A stretch of 64,000 nucleotides of DNA from Vermamoeba vermiformis (lineage: Eukaryota), in assembly GCA_045837725.1 (NCBI GenBank), contig JBEWZL010000121.1, positions 1 through 64,000 of the forward strand, given 5' to 3'. Positions 27,261 to 38,045 of this stretch are shown piece by piece (position 1 is the stretch's first letter; every line of letters starts with the position of its first letter). Made by a program: the position numbers and the translations under genes. The notes under the pieces were generated by a model. It had not been told where the DNA came from. It was given only the letters and a program-made list of their open reading frames with translations, and did no database searches.

Positions 27261-27771
27261 ATGTCAAACCCTAACTTTGGAAATCCCAACCCTTTGACAA
27301 ATCCCGGAGGACTCGGATTTGGTGGTCAACGCGACCATGTTGAAGGAGGTCCTCAAGATATTGGCCCCGGCGCATATGGCGTCGGCGGCAAGCCACCCAT
27401 TCACTCAGGTGACGAAATAGGAATTAACAGAAGCGATTTGGGCGGATTAAGGCCTGATGTCGAGCAAGGCGGCCCGTACGATAAAGAACCAACTATGGGC
27501 CCTGGACACATATTCGGTAACAAAGAGATGTTCCAGGCTGACAATATTCCTCGCATTGCTCCTAACACTGGTATGTTAATTGCAGATGCAGGAAAACTCG
27601 GATCTGGCACTGGTGAGTATCTAGAGTAGAAAATTAGCATTGAAAAATTATGTTGCTCGAGGTTAATATTGAATCGCTGCGTTGCATCTACTTACGCATT
27701 TAATCTACATAGATTTGGAGAACAAGCACGGCATGGGTCCACAATTATCTAAAAAACCAGAAAACGCGTAA
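27261..27771 (+). CDS. Small Gly/Pro-rich hydrophilic protein
   Basis: 122-aa first-exon ORF, intron ~27613-27712, short last exon; TATAAA at ~27206 and an A/C-rich leader. Confidence 0.65.
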
Positions 27772-28157
27772 TGTGTGCATAATATGTTTTAAAGCGTGTA
27801 AATAGCAACATAACAATAACATAAAGATTTATCAAATCTGACCGTTGTTTTGCTATTCAAGTTGATTTGTTTCAAACGTAGTTGTGCGTAATATAATACC
27901 GTGAAGTGGCAATAAAAGATTAGAATAGGCTAATTGGTGGTAGACGCTTGTCAACAATGTCGCAGTAACAAAACAGAGCTAAATTTAAAAATCTTCGCCA
28001 ATTAAAAATCAAAAAAATATATATTCTGGTAGCACACGCTCAACCCAAATCGACATGGTGCTTGATCACAAAAAATCTTCGAAGCCGATCGTACTTTTTA
28101 AATTTTTATTTGGTTAAAAAGGTTTCTAATAAATAGATTTACAATTGTTTGTGTCTT

Positions 28158-28897
28158 TTAGACTTGACCAGAAGGCACGTACTTGCCACTGTCTTGAGTA
28201 GCAACATAATCAGCGTGGGATGAGCCAGGACCAACAGCTTGGCCAACAGGTCTGTAGCCACCTTCAACATTGCCAGATGGGGCGTACTTGCCGCTATCTT
28301 GAGTGGCGACGTATTCAGAGTGAGAAGATTGAGGACCAACAGCAGATCCGACGGGTCTGTATCCACCTTCAACGTTGCCAGAGGGAGCGTACTTGCCGCT
28401 GTCTTGAGTGGCAACGTATTCAGCGTGCGAGGAAGCAGGACCGACGGCTTGGCCGACGGGTCTGTAGCCACCAGTGTTTTGAGCGGAAGGAGCGAACTTG
28501 CCGCTGTCAGTGGTGGGAGTGTAAGTAGCGTGAGAGCTGCCAGGGCCGACGGCAGAAGAGACAGGGCCTCTGTAGCCACCAGTGTTGCCGGTCTCTATAA
28601 ATTAAGGACTGTTAGATGGCTGATACATTAAAGAAAGACAAGTCAGATGTAACCGACAAAAATTAAAAAATTACAAAAAATCTTTTAGTGTTTAGAAAAT
28701 CTTCGACGATCGTCGATAATATTAATCACACGCGTCCTATATAATTTTTAAATACGAGGCGTTAAATTTCGCGACAATACTAGAATTTCTCGAGTCGAAT
28801 CTGCGCCAGAAGACTTACTGTTGAATTGCTTGCCAGGATCAGTAGTGGCCTTGTAGTTACCGGTGGAAGAACCAGGTCCAGCGAAAGTAGGTCTCAT
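28158..28897 (-). CDS. Small protein built from 35-aa repeats (GGYRPVGQAVGPxSSHAEYVATQDSGKYAPSGNVE)
   Basis: Exon 1 MRPTFAGPGSSTGNYKATTDPGKQFN, intron ~28596-28818, exon 2 with 105-nt repeats. Differences between copies are mostly synonymous in this frame, which the ORF track misses. Confidence 0.85.
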
Positions 28898-29823
28898 TTT
28901 GTTGTGTTAGTGTTATGTAAGAGGTGTTTAGTTTGAATTTGAACTGAAAGAAAAAATCCTTTTTGTAACCAACAAAATCTACCAGGGCTCAGAAAACTGG
29001 CTGACCAATGGTTGCGCGTTCTCGAGAGTTGTGATGAGATTTCTAGTCGACTGGAGAACTTTAAAGTACACACCATTCGATTTCGAAACAAGATTCGATT
29101 TTTGAACACTCTGTCCGTTCGATGATTGCGGTTGGAAAGCAGATTTAATGAAGTTTAATGGCTTTTTAACGCTTTTAGACCGTATTTGTGAAAAAATATA
29201 TAACTACGATGTGGCAAACGCTTGAGAAAATTATTTTAAATTTTTCTAATCACAAGAAACCGGAAGATTCTGTCGTGTGGGCTAGTTCCGGATCTTGCAA
29301 TTTCACTTCGTAAATTATATCGGCCGATTTTTTATTAATGCGTGTATGAGATATGTGCATTATTAGACGGTGGTAATCTGGAAAATGAGGAATCACAAGC
29401 CAAAAAATCGAATAACACATCCAATTTTCAAACTGACATTTGTCTATTTATAAAACTAGCAAGCAACACGCTTATTTAGTGTCGTGTTTGCGAAAAGAGC
29501 ACTTGCCTGGCCTGTAGCACTCCAGTGTAATGCTTGATGAAGAGTTTCCAATATCAGATTCGGTTTTAATAGCCGGTAAGAATTTAAGAGCAATAATTGA
29601 CAAATAAATATAATTATATCCACGTTTACAAATTGCTGTCAGTGAAATTGTTGTTGTAGCACGAGTGCTAAATTGATCAAATTTTTTTGAATATTTTCAG
29701 ACTTGCCTAATTTACGTACTCCATCATTAATACTCAATACAATTCACGGTTTACTACAATCAAATATTTTTGCAAATTTTCTATTGGATAGTTTAATGAA
29801 GTGACGTTTGTAACCGAATTTAA

Positions 29824-32136
29824 ATGGCTGTTATTAAGCCAGACATCGTCACCGTCCAATTATTTTATTCATCTATTAGTATAATATTATCGTGCTAAAA
29901 TATTAATATTTTGATAATATCTAATTGTTTCTTTGAACGTAATTTTCCGATGTTTCATTGCGTACTAGCTCTTCTAATCACTCATTTTAAATAGGATACG
30001 TAATTGCTGCAGTATTTGCAGTCGCGGCTACAGTTATAACATTATATTTGGCCGTTCAACACTTAAGAAACTATACTGATCCACATCTGCAACGACCAAT
30101 CGTTCGAATATTGCTTATTGTCCCTATTTATGCTATAGCATCGTGGCTATCATTAGTATTTACCGACCAAGCGCTATATTTCGAATTAGTTCGAGGCTGC
30201 TATGAATCTTATGTAATATACGTCTTTTTCAAATTATTGGTCGAATTTCTTGGCGGAGAAGACAGACTTTTGGCTCTATTTAATACAAAACCGAAGAGAA
30301 ACCATCCGCCGCCATGTTGTTGCATTAGCTATGTCCCAGGTACGTCATACAATTTTTTTTTCAATTTTTAAAAATCAATCAAATTAGAATTAATTATCAA
30401 AATCAGATCCGTTTTCGTATTTTTCAGCAAACGATCCAAATTATTTATTGTAATTAACAACCACGATATTAAAATGTCCTACCTAATACGCATGCTTGCC
30501 ACAATACTTGATGATTGCTCAATGGGTTGTAACTGACCCGCTAATTATTTTCAATAGATGGCACGTTCTACCAACGATGTTTGCAATCAATGCTGCAATT
30601 TGTGATTATTCGACCGTTGTCCGTATTGGCAGCTCTTATCCTCGAGTTTTTCCACTTGTACGATGAAGGAAATTTCAGTCCTGAACGAGGCTATCTATAT
30701 TTGACTATAATAGGTACGTTTATCGTAACATAACATACGATATATATATATTTCGTAACTAGACAAATAATTAAATTACGTTAACATAATTATTATTCCT
30801 TTTTTTGGATCAGTTCGTCGTGCTCAGTTTTAATTACTTAATAGAAGACTAATTATAATAATTATATAGATAACGTATCGTTTACTTGGGCGTTATACTA
30901 TTTGGTCTTGTTTTACGAAGTTACGAAGACAGATCTGGCTCCGTACAAACCACTCGCCAAATTCATGGTGATCAAATCAGTCATTTTCTTCTCGTATTGG
31001 CAAGGTATTATTATTGCAATGGGCTTGTATTTCAGTTGGATTCCTGGTGGCGATGTATTTGCTGGTCAATTGCAAGGATTCTTGATCTGCATCGAAATGG
31101 TGCTCATAGCGTGGATGTTCGCGAGATCATTTGGAGTAAATAACTATAAGACTAGGTAAGTATATATGACAATATAATCAGATTTTATTTAAGATTACGT
31201 GTCGTCCGAATATTTCGTCTTGACACCTCATTTGGTGCAACTTTTGTACGATTAATAATCACGTGATATTAATGCAATTTTTACGTAGCACGGGCGATGT
31301 CGAGATCCATGATCTTCGCGAAAAGCGAAGTGTTTTGGAGAATATTGCCAGCGTGGCCTCGATGCGCGATGTGATCAATGACACGGTTGAAAGTTTCAAA
31401 TCAGCGAAGATGTACGTCGATGTTGGAGATTTCGTTACGGTCTCTGTCGACGAGAAAGTCAAACGAATGGGTACGTAGCATTTATAGGCCATTCTAGTTA
31501 TTTTGACACTTTGACACTTCGTGTCAAGCACCGATTAGAGCTGCTGGTCTCGTCACTAGGTGTTATGTTTGGTTAACTCTAATATCGATTTCGTATAGTC
31601 AAACACGGCCTGCTGCAGAAGAGAGACAAGGATATGTTCAAGAAGTGGCACTCGTTTTATTTCTTTTTGATCAACAAGCCCGCTGGCCTCGTGTACTACG
31701 TTGAAAACCCGTTCGATGCGCCAGATCAATTTACAGCCTTTTCAAAGCCAAAAGGTAAGACACTAGACGTATACTATAAGTACTAAGGATCATATTAGGT
31801 TTTATCAATTTCCAACACCTGACAAAAATGTCGCATGTGGATCACGAAGGCGATGAAATTTCATTGAAAGAAAACAACAGTTTTATAACGCTAACCACGC
31901 TTAAGCCTGGCGAGAGCGAGCCACGACGATGGTACTTGAGAGCTGATGTTAATGAGACCGATGATTGGTTCTCGCTGATCGAGAAAATTGTGGGACAATT
32001 GGACAAGCACGTGCCCGTTACTGCTGAAGAGGAGTTAAGCCCTGTTGGCTCTCCTAATGTTAATAATTATAATGTGAATAATAACGTGCGAGGCGGATCT
32101 ATTCTCGACGACGATGAAGATCTGATGCTAAGTTAG
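29824..32136 (+). CDS. TMEM184/OST-alpha-family membrane protein fused to a C-terminal PH domain
   Basis: QHLRNYTDPHLQRPIVRILLIVPIYA, YESYVIYVF, KPLAKFMVIKSVIFFSYWQG, LICIEM; then VKHGLLQKR...KKWHSFYFFL...KPKGFINF...WYLRAD...DDWFSLI. Start codon uncertain. Confidence 0.85.
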
Positions 32137-32317
32137 CACTTCTCCAACAAACAATGTAATTAATAAACCTATCTTAAAAGATGACGTATTGGTTTATAAG
32201 AAGCTCAAAATATTCCTCAATAAAATTTCTAAGTTAGTACTTTTTTCAACAGGCAATAAGCTTTATCACTAACGTCTAATGTTTTATTAAACCTTGAAAG
32301 TTATGGGCAAACAAAAA

Positions 32318-35191
32318 TTAGAGTGTTTCTTGCTGGTGTTCAAAGAATGATTCTGCAAATACACGCAAGAACCAATCTGATAGCAAATTCTTTCCATTTG
32401 AAGCAAACAATATGTTTGCATCCTCCCATTGCATAAAGGCTACCTTTTGGGTATTAATTCTTGAAAGGTTAGCAAGTGATGTGTTGTCTGGAAAGTTTGG
32501 TGACAAAACCATGACAATTAGATTTTCTTCACCAAGAATGTATTTCATTTGTGGGTACAGATTGCCTGGCCGCACCTACACATGGAGTTATTCTTTGCAT
32601 AATTGGATGGTATTTCTTACCTTGCTGCTGTCTGCTTGAACATTGTGACGCTGAATGCAAAGCAACTTCTTAAATTTGCCCGATACATCATAGAGTGGTG
32701 CAATTATGTTGGCAAATTGGGCATTAACAACATTAATGGCAATGTAATGATTGACTGACAAAAATTCCACAAATTTGTCGAAGTTCTCATGCTTGACTAT
32801 TTGTTTTGGCTTATCTTCTTCAGTATCAATAGCTTTGAAGGATAAACCTTTTGTAGAAAGTCTAATAACAGCTCTCCATGATGCCTAGTAAGATTGTTAG
32901 TAGGCTAAAAGAGGCTTGTTAACTTACATAGAAGGTATTTAGCTGTTTAAAGCCTGGTAATACTCTTTCCATTGGCATGAGTACATCTTTTCTTAGAGCT
33001 GTTGCACGCAGGTATCGCAACCACAAACTTGCTGCTGTTGCCTCCTGCAAGAATTATGCCAGCATCATTATTTGGATCACCAGCATGAAATATGACAGTA
33101 TTCGCTTTTTCTGTGGCTTCCTCGTTGATTCTTGAGCGACCATACACCTTCAATGCACTTTCAAGGATTATTGTAAACTTTACTCTAGCAATGTTGTGTG
33201 GATTCACTTCATTCCGAACGCTGCCTTGATATGATGGTATTGCTTCTTGGATTATCTCTTTTGATAGTGAGGAGAAAGGGATGGTGTACTGTCTTTGCTC
33301 ATTTGCCTGCTGAGCCACTTTTTGCGACGCTGGTTGTTGGAAATGAAATGGAATGATGAATCCAGCTGCTTCAAGGTCCTCATAGCAGCGTCTGTTTTCC
33401 CAAAACATTAGAAGTTGACTCTTTTGCAATGCAGAAAACAAAGTCCAACAGTAGTGTGTTCCATTTTTTCTCTGTCAAATTTCCATCAATTTCATTTCTA
33501 ATGTCATTAAGTGTAAATTTAGCTGTTGCCATAGCTTTTCTAATTGGTGCAATCTCTGCAGTTGTTAGCTTGTCTTTATCAGCAAGATTTAGGTCTTTGA
33601 GGAGCATAACCAAATTTTCAATTGCCCTAGGAATACCACATGCAGATACCCAAAGCTCATGCAATTGAGTTGACAGTTCTTTATTGAAGCAGTTAGTGCC
33701 TGCATCAGCTGAATACAACTTCTTTTTCAGCACTGTCGTCACAAACTTCACTTAAGTATTTTCGCTGGAGTAGTGGATCGATTGGCAGATAGGGGACCAG
33801 AAAGAACTTAGATTCATCTCGAAACTTGGTCAATCTACCCATATGCAGGCCCACCTGGGAGCTGTTAGCAAGTTGTCAATGAAAAATAGAGCCTACCATG
33901 TTAATTATGAAGGTATGTCTGTGTAGATGTTCCAATAATTCTTTAGCTATTGCACAGGCCAAGTTTTTGCCTGTGGCAGTTATTTGAGTAACAAATCCCT
34001 AAACATGATTTAAGCTTATAACAACTGAATTATAATTCAAACTTACCTGAATTTCATCAATGTTAAGGACAAGCAGTGGCATTGGCCTCTCAGTGTGGTT
34101 TGCAAAATTAGGCCAGCTAGTCTTGCCCCTCACCAGAGACACAAAATGCTGAGCAAGCATTACTATGCTCATCTTCTTCAATCCATCTCTGTCAGCATCG
34201 TCAAAACGAGAAGTAATGCCACTAATCAGAATTGCCTTGCAGACTTCAAATGAACGGTTAGCAGCTAATAGATATTTGGAGGGATACTTACTCTCTTGAA
34301 CTTGCTGTTCTGTCGCTTTAGTGACCCCTTCAAGTGCACGTCTAATTTCAACATTTAGGTTGTCTGCATGGACCGTGATTATAGACGCTGAAGTGCCAGC
34401 ATCAAACAAGCGTAAGAGGAAATAGGCTCGTTTCTTTTGATCGTCGGTGCCAGATTCTAACGCAGTTTCTATTTGCTCTTCAACGTCTGCGTTGATTGAG
34501 TCGTCCAGTTTAGGAAGGCCAGCCAAAAATGAGCCAACAATGAAAGGATGACGGAAGACTTGCACGATCCATTCAACCAAAATTCTCGTTTTGCCAAAGC
34601 CGGGTGCAGTTGTTGCGACAGTTACTACTGGCTTCGTGCTGGTATAGAGCGAGCCATAAGCGTTGCAAAGCAAAGTGAAGAGTGCGTCGTGGCGATCGAG
34701 AAACGGCGGCGCTACGCCCCACTTTTCTAATTGCAACGAATACCACTCCGGACCATTATCACCCGCGATGATAGGAAATAAATGGCCTTTGGGTCCTTCG
34801 ATCACTTGTTGGTGCTGAGCAGCAGATTCCGGATTTGCTGATTTGCCCGCCTTTGTTGATTTGTTTATCTTGGGCTTTTGGGCAATTGCCGTTGTGGGAG
34901 CATTTTTAGCTCGTCGCGCAAAGGACTGGGGCGAAGTGTGCAACGATCTCGGGGTAGTTAATCTAAAAATAAATTAATTTAATTAAATTTCAAATTATTA
35001 GTATTAAACGCGAGGTAATATAGCTGATTTGGTTTACCTATTTTTTTTAAAGAGGGAACAGTGAGTTTTTGGTAATTTTGTCAGTGCAACTTTGATTTGG
35101 CGCATGCCAAATCTTTGCAAGCCTACCAATAAACGGAGTTAAGGCCTTGTAGTAATGGGACGTTATGAAAAATACCTAACAAGGCATTCAT
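32318..35191 (-). CDS. Crinkler/CR-type P-loop NTPase with degenerate PD-(D/E)xK-like C-terminus and a mitochondrial-type presequence; two apparent frameshifts (possible pseudogene)
   Basis: Walker A TAPGFGKT; Walker B LVLNIDEIQ; GIPRAIE; C-terminal NAQFAN...LLCIQ. Frameshifts near ~33752 and ~33385-33440. Confidence 0.6.
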
Positions 35192-35808
35192 GGTGTTTGG
35201 TTGGGAAACGTGCGAAGTTCCACAAACGGGCTGATCGCTGGCACTAAATTATTAAACACCTAAAAATATGTTAGGGCTCAATTGGCACCCAAACGTTCGT
35301 GTTCGCCATGTAATTTTTTGAAGTTCGTCGTGGAAGAGCAGCCGAAAATGGAAACGCGCACGTGCTGTTCTTGTTCACGCTGAAAGATGCCTGAACTCAC
35401 AGGTGAAAACTTTGTTTATGTTTGCGCGCCTGAGAACCAGGTAGCTATTCAAGTGCGATCAACCTCAGCATTCCAAATGGTTCATTTAAAATCTTTCATG
35501 GCGTCAATTTGGTCAAGCTTGACCCTAATCTGTTGCACGCCCAGTTAATACAACAATAATTGTAAATTGAACCTTCGAACGAAGTATCTAGCCGAGCTGC
35601 AGTTATATTACGAGGAAGGATTGATGGTAATTTTGCGAATCTTGATCACTTTGTTTTTCGAGAATTTTTTTCCTTTTGCAATACGGATGAACCTAATTTA
35701 ATTAATTGTAAAAGTGACAATTGAAACAAAATTAAATTTATTTTTCTAACAGGTTTAAGCGATCCAAACGCATGAAATGTTACAGATTTAACACTCAGTT
35801 TTGCTTGC

Positions 35809-36450
35809 GATCATTTAGCGTCAATAACTATAATACTAGGTAAGTGCATTTAATATTATAATACGATTTTAATACCCTAATCTAAGCACGCGCAAAAAGC
35901 GAACCGAATTTATTATTTGATGTTGGTACCTTGACGCAACTTTTGTAACGTCAATCTTTGCACAAATTCTAACACGATCTATAAATAGCACGGGCGATGT
36001 CGAGACCCACGAGCTGCGCGAAAAGCGAAGTGTTTTGGAGAATATTGCAAGCGTGGCCTCGATGCGCGATGTGATCAACGACACGGTTGAAAGTTTCAAA
36101 TCAGCCAAGATGTACGTCGATGTCGGTGATTTTGTCACCGTCTCCGTCGACGAGAAAGTCAAGCGAATGGGTACGTAGTATTAATAATCTTACATCGTCA
36201 GTTTGTGACACTTTGACACTTCGTGTCAAGTACCGATTTGACACGTTCATCTCGGACTATATGTTACGTTATAACGATTCTAATAATGCTTTAATATAGT
36301 CAAACACGGTCTGCTACAGAAGCGAGACAAAGATATGTTCAAGAAGTGGCACTCGTTTTATTTCTTTTTGATCAACAAGCCCGCTGGCCTCGTGTATTAC
36401 GTGAAACCCGTTCGATGCGCCAGATCAATTTAAGCTTTTTAAAGCAAAAG

Positions 36451-36495
<45 letters not shown>

Positions 36496-36786
36496 AAAAA
36501 ATGTGAAATTTCATTGAAAGAAAACAACAGTTTTATTACGTTAACTACAGTCAAGCCTGGCGAGCATGAGCCACGACGATGGTATCTCAGAGCTGATGTT
36601 AATGAGACCGATGATTGGTTCTCGCTGATCGAGAAAATTGTGGGGCAATTAGACAAGCACGTGCCCGTCACTTCCGAAGAAGAGCTCAGCCCTGTTGGCT
36701 CTCCTAATGTTAATAATTATAATGTGAATAATAACGTGCGAGGCGGATCTATCCTCGACGATGACGACGATCTCATGCTAAGCTAA
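35809..36786 (+). pseudogene. Duplicate of the 3' (PH-encoding) exons of the TMEM184-PH gene
   Basis: Exons near-identical to 31125-32136; introns more diverged; 36400-36505 is scrambled by indels and a poly-T tract. Confidence 0.75.
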
Positions 36787-36894
36787 CGTTTTTCTTCGCA
36801 AACAAACTGTAATAAATAAACTTATTTAAACGCATTGTACATATTTATTATTAATAATTCGGAATTTAAGGATGATTAACCATTCGACCAAGAA

Positions 36895-37812
36895 TTAAGT
36901 AGGAAGTTTTTTTACAGCGCGCGCACATCTAGTTTTTGACAACTCGACGAAAAAATCATCATCATCTTCGTCGTCAGTATCTAATTCATTCAATTCTTCA
37001 ATCTGGGCATTGAGCCGTTCGAGAGTCATCGTTTGTCTACGAATGAACTCCTGCGAGCTGGCGCTGAACGGAGGTTCTTTTGAATGCAACGAAGAGGGGT
37101 TATAAACGGTATCAGGGAAGGTATATAGTTGAGCCAGCTCCGAGTACAGCTCCTGATCATAGAGGAAAATATGTTCGATAACTTGACTTCGCACTGGAGC
37201 AAGTTCGAAGGGCTTGGCAAAAAAATCTTGGATTGGCTTTGGTACTGTCCATTCATCCATACTCGAGTGTATTTCTAGGGTGGCGATTGAGTAGAAGTCA
37301 TCCTTGCCCATTTTAACTTCATCGACGTAGATCGTGCACCCCATTTGGAATTCCCGCCGAATAACCGTCATTTCTCCGATGAATATACAAATTTCATATA
37401 AGTGTTGGAGCTTTGTATGAAGCGCCGCATTAATTGATGCCAGTATATCTTGAGAAAACTGGTCGTGTTCCGCCACAAAAAACTTTGCACTTCGGATCTG
37501 GGTGTACGTTTTTGAGAGAGGCTTGTTTAAAGACCACGAGACACTCCCGTCCTCGGTTTCCTTCCGCTTGAGCCAGCAGTTGATTTTTGCAAGAGGGTAC
37601 CCGGGTAAATCCATAAAAGTTTCAGTAAACTTGGTCCGTTTAAAAGGGCAATTCATTTGCAACATTTGCACGTCTTCGGGCGATATAGGAAAATGGATCC
37701 GAGGTCTCGTTTTAGCGAGTTCCGGGATGTCTTGAATACTCGTGCAAAAATCCTTCAAGGAAGTGGTAATAGGAGAGACTGGCTCTAATGCTACTCTTCG
37801 ATGCTCTGCCAT
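36895..37812 (-). CDS. Intronless degenerate CYTH/thiamine-triphosphatase-like protein
   Basis: FTETFMDLPGYPLAKINCWLKRKE...WSLNKP resembles the CYTH D-x-Y-Y-D...L...WLRxR...WxLK segment; the N-terminal ExExK motif is absent. Confidence 0.55.
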   Translation of the reverse strand: MAEHRRVALEPVSPITTSLKDFCTSIQDIPELAKTRPRIHFPISPEDVQMLQMNCPFKRTKFTETFMDLPGYPLAKINCWLKRKETEDGSVSWSLNKPLSKTYTQIRSAKFFVAEHDQFSQDILASINAALHTKLQHLYEICIFIGEMTVIRREFQMGCTIYVDEVKMGKDDFYSIATLEIHSSMDEWTVPKPIQDFFAKPFELAPVRSQVIEHIFLYDQELYSELAQLYTFPDTVYNPSSLHSKEPPFSASSQEFIRRQTMTLERLNAQIEELNELDTDDEDDDDFFVELSKTRCARAVKKLPT

Positions 37813-38045
37813 TGTGCTTGTGTTTGGTTTAGAAATAAATTGACGACAAAAAAGGTTGTCTTTGTCCGCAATAATTTTTGTTTTTTGCAGGTTGCGCTCG
37901 TTTTCTCGAATCACAATGTATAGGTTCATTTACAGTTTCAATGACTGAACTGGGAATACGCTGGTAGGATTGACTAACGCGTCGAAAAATTTTTCGCTGC
38001 TTGGTTTTTCGAAAAGCTTTAGCGTGCCGTCAGTAATTCAGGAAC

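Noticed and set aside
28139-28631. Three repetitive ORF-track ORFs (146, 102 and 130 aa)
   Set aside because: Alternative frames of the 105-nt repeat; the spliced minus-strand frame explains the synonymous variation. No spacers, so not CRISPR-like.
36455-36500. Poly-T tract as a retrotransposon tail
   Set aside because: It replaces an intron plus part of an exon amid several indels; more consistent with consensus error.
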